64,000 nucleotides of DNA, taken from NCBI GenBank assembly GCA_038087875.1, contig CM075987.1, positions 25,236,001 to 25,300,000 of the forward strand. The letters run 5' to 3'. Every line of letters starts with the position of its first letter. Positions within the stretch are counted from its first letter, which is position 1. The notes beneath the pieces were generated by a model. The model was not told the DNA's origin. It ran no database searches and saw only the letters and a program-made list of their open reading frames with translations. This DNA comes from Malacoraja senta. Lineage: Eukaryota. Positions 51,741-63,581 of the stretch are shown here, piece by piece. A program made the position numbers and the translations under genes.

Positions 51741-52284
51741 GAGCTGGGAGACCTTAGGAACCAGAAAGGGAGAGAGTTGGGGGTAAATCAATTGGCACCT
51801 TCAAAACATAGGATGAGAGTTTTAAAAATAAAGATATTTTCTCATTGCACAGGCAGCAGAGTTAAAACAAGTCAGACGTATGTTTCAAGTCAAGTCCAGA
51901 GGGAGCAAGGGCAGTGATTTTCAGCAGCACGGCGTGAAGGCAGGAATTAGTAAGAGGCAGCCTTGGAAGTGGAGACAAACATGACCCAGAACTCACCCCG
52001 CACTTATATATGACACCAGGTTTGCAATAAGTCTGGTTCAGTTAGAGTTATACAGTCGTAGAGTGTGCAAACAGGCACTTCGGCCCAACTTGCCCACACC
52101 ACCCGACATGTCCCATCTACACTAGACTCACCTGCCTGCACTTCCACACTGGATGCCATTGTCAACCAGGTCAGAGACTGCAAGCAGGTCAACAAAGGCA
52201 AGGAGCTTCCAATTAGCTTTGCGCCACTCTCATGACCATCTCTAACATTGGATACAAGCAGCTCATGAAAGCCCACTTCAACTT

Positions 52285-53085
52285 GCTTAGAGTCATAGAG
52301 TGATACAGTGTGGAAACAGGCTCTTTGGCCCAACTTGCCCACACCGGCCAACATGTCCCGGCTACACTAGCCCCACCTGCCAGCATTTGGTTCATATCCC
52401 TCCAAACCTGTCCTAGCAAATGTACCTGTCTAACTGCTTCTTAACTGTCGGGATAGTCCCTGCCTCAAGGACCTCCCCTGGCAGCTCGTTCCATACACCC
52501 ACCCCCCTTTGTGTGAAAAAGTAACCCCTCATATTCCTATTAAATCTTTTCCCCTTCAACTTAAACCCATGTCCTCTGGTCCTCGATTTGCCTGGTCTGG
52601 GCAAGAGACTGTGCATCCACCCGATCTATTCCTCTCATGATTTTATACACCTCTATAAGATCACCCCTCATTCTCCTGCTCTCCAAGGAATAGAGTCCCA
52701 GCCTGCTCAACCTCTCCCTATAGTTCAGTCCCTCTAGACCTGGCAACATCCTCGTAAATCTTCTGTGTACCCTCTCCAGCTTGACAACATCTTTCCTCTA
52801 ACACCGCGCGCGCCCAGAACTGAACACAATACTCTAAATGTGGTAGACAAAAGTGCTGGAGAAACTCAGCGGGTGCGGCAGCATCTATGGAGCGAAGGGA
52901 ATAGGCAATGTTTCGGCCCGAACGTTGCCTATTTCCTTCGCTCCATAGATGCTGCCGCACCCGCTGAGTTTCTCCAGCACTTTTGTCTACCTTCGATTTT
53001 CCAGCATCTGCAGTTCCTGTTTCAACACTCTAAATGTGGCCTCACCAACGTCTTATTCAACTGCAACATGACCTCCCAACTTCTA
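52285..53085 (-). mobile_element. CR1/HER1 LINE 3' fragment hosting a fold-back pLTR
   Basis: [37 protein letters not shown]; palindromic pLTR insert 52844-53026 with 13-bp TSD ACTCTAAATGTGG. Confidence 0.9.
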
Positions 53086-55051
53086 TGTTTCTTCATACCG
53101 AGGTCACCACCTCACATGCAATTTTGCTATTCTCAGGTTTGGTACATTACCTGAGTAACAGCTGCTGGGGGATTAGAAATTTGTCTCATCGGCTGTGACA
53201 CTTAAGAAAATCCCAGTGTCAAAAAAAGCTGCAATGTAAGTGGAAATTCCAAAACTTTTTACAAGTTGGTATTTTCTCTTATACTTTATCAGAATTGGAC
53301 GCCTCAAAATGCATTGGACACATACGCAATCATACAGTGACGGTAACATTCTGTGACTTCTGGCATGAAAGATCACAAGGTCGTTTGTTTTCAAAGATTA
53401 TATCTGCATGGTTTTAGCACACCGAGTTCACAAATAAATATTCAGATGAAAGTTTCCAGACTGATTCATACTTCATAGGTTCTAGGAGCAGAATTAGGCC
53501 ATTCGGCCCATCAAATCTACTCCGCCATTCAATCATGACTCTCCCTCTCAACCCCATTCTCCTGCCTTCTCCCCATAACCACATACACTCGTACTGATCG
53601 AGAATCTATCCATCTCTGCCTTAAAAATATCCATTGACTTGGCCTCCACAGCCGTCTGTGGCAAAGAATTGCACAGATTCAACACCCTCTGACTAAAGAC
53701 ATTCCTTCTCATCTCCTTTCTAAAGGTACATCCTTTTATTCTGAGGCCGCGTCACCTCTGGCCTCTGATGTTTCAATGCCATCTCTGGACTTTCCCCAAA
53801 CATCTGCCTATCAAACACCCCCCACCATCCCACCTTTCACCTGTATCTACCTATCACTCACTATTCTCTTCCAGCTTTCTATCCCCCCCCCCCATCACAA
53901 TCAGTCTGTAGAAAGGTCCCGACCCGAAATGTCCACAGATGCTGCCTGACCTGCTGAGTTACTCCAGCACTTTGTGCTTTTTTTCCCCCTTCCTCTTTAA
54001 GATGGTTTGTTCCAAATCATGCTTAATAGACAATAGACAATAGGTGCAGGAGTAGGCCATTCGGCCCTTCGAGCCAGCACCGCCATTCAATGTGATCATG
54101 GCTGATCTTCCACAATCAGTACCCCGTTCCTGCCTTCTCCCCTAATGATGTGTATTTTCATGGTACAATGATGCAACTTGCAACTCACTGGAGTTTACAA
54201 GGATGAGGGGTAACCTCATTGAAACTTACTGAATAATGAAAGGCCTGGATAGAGTGGATGTGGAGAGGATGTTTCCACCAGTGGGAGAGTCTAGGACCAG
54301 ACGTCATCGCCTCAGAATTAAAGGACGTTCCTTTAAGAAGGAGATGAGGGTGGTGAATCTGTGGAATTCTTTGCCACAGAAGGCTGTGGAAGCCAAATCA
54401 ATGGATATTTTTAATGCAGAAATAAATAGATTCTTGATTAATATGGATGCCAGGAGTTTTGGGGAGAAGGCAGGAGAATGGGGTTAGGATGGAGAGACAG
54501 ATCAGCTATGATTGATCGAAGGAGTAGACCTGATGGGCCGAATTACTTAATTCTGCTCCTATTACATATGAACTTGTGAAGTTATGAAGTTATGACCCTC
54601 AAGTGTAGTCTTTCCGCTGACTGGCTCGCTCGCAATAAAAAAGCTTTTCACTCTACCTCATATCAAGCGTCAATAATAAACTAAACTAAACATATCTGGA
54701 CTTCCCCTCGCATGTCAGCACAGATTTGTCCGTGCACACGTGTAATGTTCTTACAGGTTGCTTAATCTTAAAACGCGTTGGGACTGGTGGAGCCACTGCC
54801 TCGCGGCTTCAGTGAACCAAGGTTCAATCCTGACCTTGGGTGCTGTCTGCAGAGTTTGCATGTCCTCCCTGTGACTGTGGGCCTCCTCCGGGTGCTCCGG
54901 TTTCCTTTCCCATCCCAAGGGCAGGTTGGCTGGTAGGCCAATTAGCCACAGTAAATGGCCCCCTCATGCATAGGGGAATGGCAGAGAGGTGGAAGATATG
55001 AGGGGTGTGCGGTGTGAATAAAACATGCCATCAATGTAGCGTCAGTGTAGA

Positions 55052-55818
55052 TAGAAACATAGAAAAGAGGTGCAGAAGGAGGCCATTCGGCCCTTCGAAC
55101 CATTCATTGTGATCATGGCTGATCGTCCCAAATCAATAACCCGTGCCTGCCTTCTCCGAATAGACAATAAACAATAGACTATAGTCAATAGGTGCAGGAG
55201 TAGGCCATTCGGCCCTTCGAGCCAGCACCGCCATTCATTGTGATCATGGCTGATCGTCCCAAATCAATAACCCGTGCCTGCCTTCTCCGAATAGACAATA
55301 AACAATAGACTATAGTCAATAGGTGCAGGAGTAGGCCATTCGGCCCTTCGAGCCAGCACCGCCATTCACTGTGATCATGGCTGATCATCCACAATCAGTA
55401 CCCCGTTCCTGCCTTCTCCCCATATCCCCTGACTCCGCTATCTTTAAGAGCTCTATTTAACTCTCTCTTGAAAGTATCCCAAGAATTGGCATCCACTGCC
55501 CTCCGAGGCAGAGAATTCCACAGATTCACAACTCTATGGGTGAAAAGGTTTTTCCTCATCTCCATTCTAAATGGCCTACCCCTAATTCTTAAACTGTGGC
55601 CCCTGGTTCTGGATTCCCCCAACATCGGGAACATGTTTCCTGCCTCTAGCGTGTCCAATCCATAATGTTTCAATAAGATACCCTCTCATCCTTCTAAGTT
55701 CCAGAGTCTACAAGCCCAGCCGCTCCATTCTATCAACATATGACAGTTCCGCCATCCTGGGAATTAACCTTGTGAACCTACCCTGTACTCCCTCAATAGC
55801 AAGAATGTCCTTCCTCAA
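55052..55818 (-). mobile_element. CR1/HER1 LINE 3' fragment with tandemly repeated 3' ends
   Basis: [32 protein letters not shown]; 131-bp tandem duplication 55101-55362. Confidence 0.88.
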
Positions 55819-55824
55819 TAATGA

Positions 55825-56024
55825 NNNNNNNNNNNNNNNNNNNNNNNNNNNNNNNNNNNNNNNNNNNNNNNNNNNNNNNNNNNNNNNNNNNNNNNNNNNN
55901 NNNNNNNNNNNNNNNNNNNNNNNNNNNNNNNNNNNNNNNNNNNNNNNNNNNNNNNNNNNNNNNNNNNNNNNNNNNNNNNNNNNNNNNNNNNNNNNNNNNN
56001 NNNNNNNNNNNNNNNNNNNNNNNN
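55825..56024. other. Assembly gap (200 N)
   Basis: Run of N. Confidence 0.99.
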
Positions 56025-56698
56025 GGAATAGTTGCAAAGTCAGCAGGTGAACTTGGAAAGTTTGTTTGACTCTGGAGGGTAGGATGGGGTGGGGGGTGGG
56101 GGGGGGGGGGGAAACCTCACCGCCAGCAAAGAATCAGGGCCGACTTTAATTGGAATTGGAATAGCGGAACATGTACACAGATCAGATAATGCACACCAAG
56201 CACTCATTCAAGGTCACTAGATGTGGTCTCGATTCCCAGCAATCGATAATGCTGCTCAGCTCATTGCACTTCAGCCTGAATATTTGGGGGAACAGAGCAG
56301 GAAGGAAAACTGCAGATGTTGGTTTAAACCGAAGATAGACCCAAAAAGCTGGGGTAACTCAGCGGGTCAGGCAGCTTCTCTGGAGAGAAGGAATAGGTGG
56401 CATTTCGGGTCGAGACCCTTCTTGAGACTCAACCCGAAACGTCACCGATTCCTTATCTCCAGACATGCTGTCTGACCCGCTGAGTTACTACAGCTTTTTG
56501 TGTCTATCTTTAGCTGGGGGACCTGATGGATTTTCTTTCCAAGGAAGCAGCACGAGAAAAGCAGCATTTATCTGCCCTTTTAAATTTCTTTCAGCGAAAC
56601 ACAAAATGCTGGAAGGACTCAACGGGTCAGGCGGCATCTGTGGAGGGAATGGACAGACGCTGTTTCACTTTGGGACCGTCCTTCAGGCAGGACACTAA

Positions 56699-57302
56699 AA
56701 GGCCTGTCTCACGAGTCTGCGGTCATTGGCGGCGAAACGGGAAGAATCTGCCGCCATAGACCGCGCACTCGTGAGAACGTACAATTCCCGGGCCGTGCGG
56801 CGGTGTTCCCAACACCGCGCGGTGCTAAAATAAAATCGACAATGTCGAAAAACAAATACTCACCGCACAACCTCCACCAGTGATGCACAAGTGCGGCACG
56901 GCCGCTCGCACGGGCCGCCGCCAGTGTGGCTCGAGCGCCGTGCGTCAAACCTCCACTGCCACAGCCTCCGCCAGTGAGGCACGTGCCGCCGCCAGTGAGG
57001 CACGTGTGCTGCACGGCCGCAGGCACAGCCACCGCTACAGCGCCACGATCAGGACAGCCGCCGCCACAGCCGCCGCTGGTGAGTCACGTGCGGCGGGTTG
57101 ACGTCATCGCAGTCGGCCCGCCCTTTTGTTACTTACCGCAAGCACGTGGGACCCGCCGTGTTTGAATTAACTCGGCCCCCGCGCAGCATCCGTGCGGCGC
57201 TCCGGTGGATAGGCTCGACGCTCTCGCCGTTGCCGCGCGGTCCTCGCTACCGGCGACGCCGCGTTTCACCGACGATGACCGCAAACAGGTAAGACAGAGC
57301 CT
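56699..57302. mobile_element. PIF/Harbinger-type MITE family H2, copy 2 (inverted relative to 3008-3601)
   Basis: AAGGCCTGTCTCAC...GTAAGACAGAGCCT; flanks TAA / TTA; reverse complement nearly identical to copy 1. Confidence 0.85.
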
Positions 57303-58557
57303 TTACGGTAATGTTGCTGCCTTTCAGCACCAGAGACCCGGGTTCAATCCCGACTACGGGTGCTGTCTTCACGGTTTGTACGTTCTCCCCGTGACCTGCA
57401 TTTATTTTCTCCGGGATCTCCAGTTTCCTCCCACACTCCAAAGACGTACAGGTTTGTATGTTAATTGGCTTGGTAAAACTGTAAATCGTAAAATTGTAAA
57501 TTTCCCGTGGAGTATCGACATAAGGTCATAAGGTCATAAGTGATAGGAGTAGAATTAGGCCATTTGGCCCAATAAGTCTACTCCGCCATCCACGGTTCTC
57601 TGGATACTTTCAAGAGAGAGCTAGATAGGGCTCTTAAAGATGGCGGAGTCAGGGGATATGGGGAGAAGGCAGGAACGGGGAACTGATTGGGGATAATCAG
57701 CCATGATCACATTGAATGGCGGTGCTGGCTCGAAGGGCCGAATGGCCTACTCCTGCACCTATTGTCTATTGTCTATTATCTAAATCATGGCTGCTCTATC
57801 TTCCCCTCTTAACCCCATTCTGAAGAAGGGTCTCGACACGAAATGTCACCGATTCCTTCTCTCCAGAGGTGCTGCCGGTCCCGCTGAGTTACTGTAGCGT
57901 TTTGTGTCTACCTTCTCTACTCTGGTCATGGTTTGCAGGGTCAAACATGCAGCATTCCTTGCTGATCATTTGAAAGCACTGTGTGACTGGCCAGCTTTAC
58001 CTGCTGACAATTTGAACGGTGCAAGCCTGCTGATAGATCTCATTTTCCATCCACTGCTCTGTGCTGAATGAGCTCATTTAACCGGGACCACTTGTAATGG
58101 TGATGCATTGGTCCAACTTATCTGGATTTATGAAAGGGAATAGAATGCAGCTGTTAACCAGAAAACGCAGCAGGAAGCTGCCTTCAGGGGGGTGACCTGT
58201 ATTGAGGGAGGTCGGAGTTTCAATGCAATCCGCAATGTAAAATCTCCAGTAACATCTTCAGAGGTGTGGCACGGTGGCGCAGCGGTAGAGTTGCTGCCTT
58301 ACAGACCCCGACTACTGGTGCTGTCTGTACGGTGTTTGTATGTGCTCCTGCTGACCTGCATGGGTTTTCTCCGAGATCTTCGCTTTCCTCCCACATTCCA
58401 AAGACGTGCAGGTTTGTAGGTGAATTGGCTTGGTGCAAGTGTACACTGTGGGCGCACCACCTGGCTCAAATATTCCACTGTCTAGACCACTCCGGGAATA
58501 ACACCCAGTTCAGAGTGGAGATGGTGCTTAATTTTGTGATAGGGTGTTTCCATGCAG

Positions 58558-58895
58558 TAAATCTAAATCTGGGTCCAAATCAGGATTTGAATCCGGATCA
58601 GAATCGGGATCTGAATCTGAGTCCAGATCTGAATCCGAATTTGGACCTGGATCGGAATCTGGATCTGGATCGGAATCCAGATCCGAATCTGGATCTGAAT
58701 CCGGATCTGAATCTGGATCAGAAACCGAATCAGAATCTGGATCACAACCTGGATCTGGACCTGAATCTGAATCTGAATCTGGATCTTGATCTGGATGTGG
58801 ATCTAGATCGAAATGTAAATCTGGAACTGAATATAAATCTGAACCAAAATCTGGACCTAAACCAAAATCTTGACCTTAACATAAATCTGAATCCT
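58558..58895. repeat. Degenerate hexamer tandem array (ATCTGR)n
   Basis: ~55 imperfect units ATCTGA/ATCTGG/ATCCGA etc., phase kept throughout. Confidence 0.9.
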
Positions 58896-59380
58896 AGCAC
58901 TCTCCAGTCCAGTCCAGAGTCCGCAGTAGGATTATCTTTGAAGGCTAGATACAAAGTTATTATTCCACTATGTTGGATTTTTCGTGCTGATGACAAGGTT
59001 GGACTTCAGGCAGATGAGTCCGTTTCCCAGGCCTCGCGGATACTCAAACTCCGCAGGGACAGACCCTCGTGCATAACCATGGCACACAGAAGCCTAGTGA
59101 ATCTTTCACCTTACTGAATAACTCCGTAAGCCTCAGTACTTTCACAATCGGAGGATGTGGCAAGAATTTCCACAGCCAGCTCAATGCTTCTGAAGTTTCA
59201 TCTCTGTTGCAATTCAGCCAAAGAAGTTATTCATAGAAATGTCTCTCTGCCGCAAGATATAATGACTAGATACTGCAGTCTGCTTTTAGGAATAATGGTT
59301 GAGGGATGAACGTTGGCCTGGAGCCTAAGATATCTCTGATGCTTTGTTTTGAGTACCATTGAATCATTTTCTACCACCAA

Positions 59381-59452
59381 GAGAGCAGACACAAGACTCC
59401 AGCTCAACCTTTCATCCAAAGGTCAGCATCTCAGACAGAGCAGCACATCCCC
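59381..59452 (-). mobile_element. Deu-domain SINE fragment
   Basis: GAGAGCAGAC..CTCAACCTTTCATCCAAAGGTCAGCATCTCAGACAGAGCAGCAC resembles the reverse complement of the Deu core. Confidence 0.55.
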
Positions 59453-59566
59453 CTGTCAATGGTAATCGAGGCATAAGATATTCATGTTAATTTGTAGCAG
59501 GCAATGTTCACTCATGTTAGCGTGGGGCTATTTCGGGTTGTTGTGTGAAGGGGGCTGGTAAACCAA

Positions 59567-60310
59567 CCTCCCTTCCACTGACTCCATCTACACCTCACGC
59601 TGCCTCGGCAAGGCCAGCAGCATAATCAAGGATGAGTCGCACCCCGGCCACTCCTTCTTCTCCCCTCTCCCATCAGGCAAACGGTACAGAAGTGTGAAAA
59701 CGCACACCTCCAGATTCTGGGACAGTTCTTCCCAGCTGTTATCAGGCAACTGAATCATCCTACCACAACTAGAGAGCAGTCCTAAACTACTATCTACCTG
59801 TAGTTAGGTCTAGACCCTTGGACTATCTTTGATCGGGCTTCATCTTGCACTAAATGTTATTCATGTTATTCCCCTTATCATGCATGTATATATCATGGGT
59901 GGCATGGTGGTGCAGCTGTAGAATTGCTGCCTCACAGGTTCGAACCTGACTACGGGTGCTGCCTGTACGGAGTTTGTACGTTCTCCCCGTGATCTTAGTT
60001 GGTTTTCTCTGGGATCTCCAGTTTCCTCCCATGCTCCAAGGGTTTGTAGGTTAATTGGCTTGGTATAATTGTAAATGATCCCTAGTGCGCAGAATAGTGC
60101 TAGTGTGCGGGGATCGCTGGTCGGCACTGACTCGGTGGGCCGAAGGGCCTGGTTCCGCACTGTATCTCTCAACTAAACTAAACTAAATGCACCTGTACAC
60201 TGTGGATGGCTCAATTGTAATCATGTACCGTCTTTCCGCTGACTGGTTAACACGCAACGAAAGCTTATTTACGCGATCTCGGTACACATGACAATAAACT
60301 AAACTAAAAC
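59567..60310 (+). mobile_element. Rex1/Babar-like 3' fragment with nested HE1 SINE (59897-60187)
   Basis: NLPSTDSIYTSRCLGKASSIIKD.SHPGH..FSPLPSGKRYRS motif; 3' UTR ending GACAATAAACTAAAC. Confidence 0.8.
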
Positions 60311-60875
60311 TTAATTAATAATTTCAATGGAAAGTCATGCATATACCACGTGCATACACACTAATGACGTGTCAATAAGCCTGCTAGTTAAGTGGGCGCC
60401 TTGCATTATATCTGAATTTGTAGATACGGAGAACCACAGGTGGTCAGATAACCAGCGGGGCAAAGCCAATTACGTCTGTAGTGTTTCACAATGATGGGTG
60501 AAATAGCTGAACACTAAGATAGTTTGCAGCTCTATTATAGACAATGCCACCAACTGGCTTCAAGGTGGATCCCACATTTGATTAAATCACCGTCTTACAG
60601 TAGAGTCAGGAAGACTGCAATAATTAATGGTTAGACTTAATGAAGCCTCAATCAGTTTCTATATTTGTGTTAATCCCTCCTCCTTGCAACTTCTGACAAA
60701 ATTCTCGTCGCTGGTGTTCACACAGGTTCAAAGCAAAAATCTTCTGGCACAAAACTTCCTTCCCACCTCGGCAGATGCAACATTAATATCTGCTTTGATC
60801 TCACTCGCTGCTTAGGTGTTGGGAGGTTTGTGCCAGGTTGTGACTCGTTGCATTTTTACGCATTAACCTGATTTT

Positions 60876-61150
60876 TAGACTTGCAGACTTTAGACTGTGG
60901 AGATACAACGTGGAAACAGGCCCTTCGGCCCACCGGGTCCATGCCGACCAGGAATCACCAAGCCAGTTAACCTACAAACATGCACGTCTTTGGAGTGTGG
61001 GAGGAAACCGGAGCACCCGGAGAAAACCAACGCAGGTCACGGGGGGGGGGAACGTAAAACTCCGTACAGACAGCAGCCGTGGTCAGGATCAAACCCAGGT
61101 CTCTTGCATTGTCAGGCAGCAACTCTACCGCTGCGCCACCGTGCTGCCCC
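60876..61150 (-). mobile_element. HE1 SINE
   Basis: Reverse-complement match, (TTTAGAC)n tail. Confidence 0.82.
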
Positions 61151-63395
61151 AGTGATATAAGGCACAGATATTCTCTGGCACAATGCAACTCAAGGCACTT
61201 CTTGAAGCAACGTTATCCGTGACTTAGTTATGGCCACTGATCAAATCTCTACACATTCACAACCCTCTTCCAGAACTAGCAACACAATTTTCCACATGGA
61301 TAGAAGCTCTTGTGTTCATAAGTTCAAAGGTGATAGGAGAAGAATTTAGGGCATTCGGCCCATCAAGTCTCCTCCGCCCCTCAATCATGGCTGATCTATC
61401 TCTCCCTCCTAACCCCATTCTCATGCCTTCTCCCCATAACCCCTGACACCCGTACTAATCAAGAATCTATCTATCTCTGGCTTAAAAATACCCATTGACT
61501 TGGCCTCCACAGCCTTCTGTGGCAATGAATTTCTCCTCATCTCCTTCCTGAAGCAACATCCATTAATTCTGAGGTCCTAGACTCTCCCACTAGTGGAAAC
61601 ATCCTCTCCACATCCACTCTATCCATTGGTATTGGTGAAGCAAAGACAACCAGGAAGCAATGCATGGATAACATCTATGATTGCTGCTATCAATAAGTGA
61701 GTCGAATAAAGTACAGACCTCTGCTGCAAGATTGTGCTTTCACTTAAGCCCGGTCTTACAAAATAATGATAGATTGGATGTGGGGAGGATGTTTCCAATA
61801 GTGGGAGAGTCTGGGACCAGATGGTATAGCCTCAGGACAAAAGGATGTACCTTCAGAATGGAGATGAGGAGGGTGGTTTCTTGAACCAGAGGGTGGTGAA
61901 TCTGTGGAATTCATTGCCACAGATGATGGAGGAGGCTTAGTCATTGGGTATTTTTAAAGCAGAGATTGAAAGGTTCTTGATTAGTAAGGGCATGAAAGGT
62001 TGTGGGGAGAATGGGGTTGAGAAGGGAAATGAGATCAGCCGTGATAGAATGGAGGAGCAGACTCGATGGGCCAAATGGCCTAATTCCACTCCTATTTCTT
62101 CAAGATAAAGTTGAAGGCTTGCAAGTTCATTCCTTCAGGAATATGTCAAGGTTCCCCTTGTTCAAGGTACTGTAGGTTCTTCCACAAGACTTTGGGGTGA
62201 AAGGGTGGATGGCCATTTCTGAAGGATGGCTCTTGGACATGCCTGTTGCCTGTTTCCATATGGCTTTGTCAGTGTAGTGCAAACCTGCCTGAACGCAGCC
62301 CAATGTGAATAACTACCAGGGCATGAGATGGTGGAAGTAAGCTAGGACCTTCTGTGTCTGTTGCTCGTCCACGAGTGATGATAAATACATGCTGTGTGTG
62401 TTTGTGTATCGTTCCCCCATAAATCCGGCAAAATTGACATATTCCTCGCAGGTAATGCAAAATCATCAGAGGAATAGATCGGGCAGATGCACAGAGTCTC
62501 TTGCCCAGAGTATGGGGATCGAGCACTGGAGGACATACAGTAGGTTTAAGCTGAGGGGGGAAAGATTTAATAGAAACATAGAAAATAGGTGCAGGAGGAG
62601 GCCATTCGGCCCTTCGAGCCAGCACCGCCATTCATTGATCGTCCCCTATCAATAACCCGTGCCTGCCTTCTCCCCATACCCCTTGACTCCACTAGCCCCT
62701 AGAGCTCTATCTAACTCTCTCGTAAATCCATCCAGTGACTTGGCCTCCACTGCCCTCTGTGGCAGGGAATTCCATAAATTCACAACTCTCTGGGTGAAAA
62801 CGTTTTTTCTCACCTCAGTCTTAAATGACCTCCCCTTTATTCTAAGACTGTGGCCCCTGGAACCTGAGGGGTAACATTTTCACACACAGGGTGGTGGGAG
62901 TATGGAACAAGGAGGTAGTTGAGGCAGAGACTTTGCCTCAACCACAGGAGGTAGTTGAGGCAGAGACTTTCCCAGCATTTAAGAAACAGTTAGACAGGTG
63001 CATGGATAGAACAGGTTTGGAGGGATATGGACCAAACGCGGACAGGTTGGACGAGTGCAGCTGGGACATGTTGGCCGGTGTGGGCAAGTTGGGCCGAAGG
63101 GCCTGTTTCCACGCTGTATAACTCTATGACTCTAATTCAAGTACTTGTCTAATACTTCTTAAATGTGTGTGAGAATCTCTGCCTCCACAAATGTTCCCCT
63201 CAGGCAGAACATTCCAACTACTAACCCCCCACTGGGTGAAAAAAGATCTTCCTCAGATCACCTCTAAACATTTCATCTTTTGCCACAAACCTTTAACCGG
63301 ACTTTACTGGTTTTACACTAAACTTTATTCCCTTTATCAAGTATCTGCACACTGTGGATGGTTCGATTGTAAGCATGTGCAGTATAGTCTTTTCA

Positions 63396-63581
63396 CTTCT
63401 TCTTCTTTTTGTGTCCAAATGTTGACCTCGCTGTCATCGTCCGTCCTGAAAAGGACACGAGCTTCCGGCGACAATCAGTGGGAGCCATCACTTGTCGCAA
63501 TAGATGATGGTGGTAGCAGAATTAGCTCGGGATACTTCCAGTTTCCAGCCCCGTGACGTGGACGCTTCTGCTATGGGGCCC
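63396..63581 (-). mobile_element. Short non-autonomous retroelement family C (CPEB3-like ribozyme head, hairpins, (GAA)n tail)
   Basis: Interrupts a Rex-type 3' UTR (GTATAGTCTTT...GCACGCAACAAAAAGCTTTTCA); tail AAAAAGAAGAAGAAG; no clear TSD. Confidence 0.75.
63514..63581 (-). ncRNA. HDV/CPEB3-like self-cleaving ribozyme
   Basis: GGGCCCC-A-TAGCAGAA-GCG-TCCACGT-CAC-GGGGCT-GG-AAACTGGAAGTATCCCGAG-CTAA-TTCTGCTA: 8-bp P2 perfect, P1.1 CC/GG, J4/2 CTAA. Confidence 0.8.

Noticed and set aside
53151..53200. Possible 50-nt minus-strand exon (SQPMRQISNPPAAVTQ)
   Set aside because: Needs a weak AAG acceptor; no supporting homology
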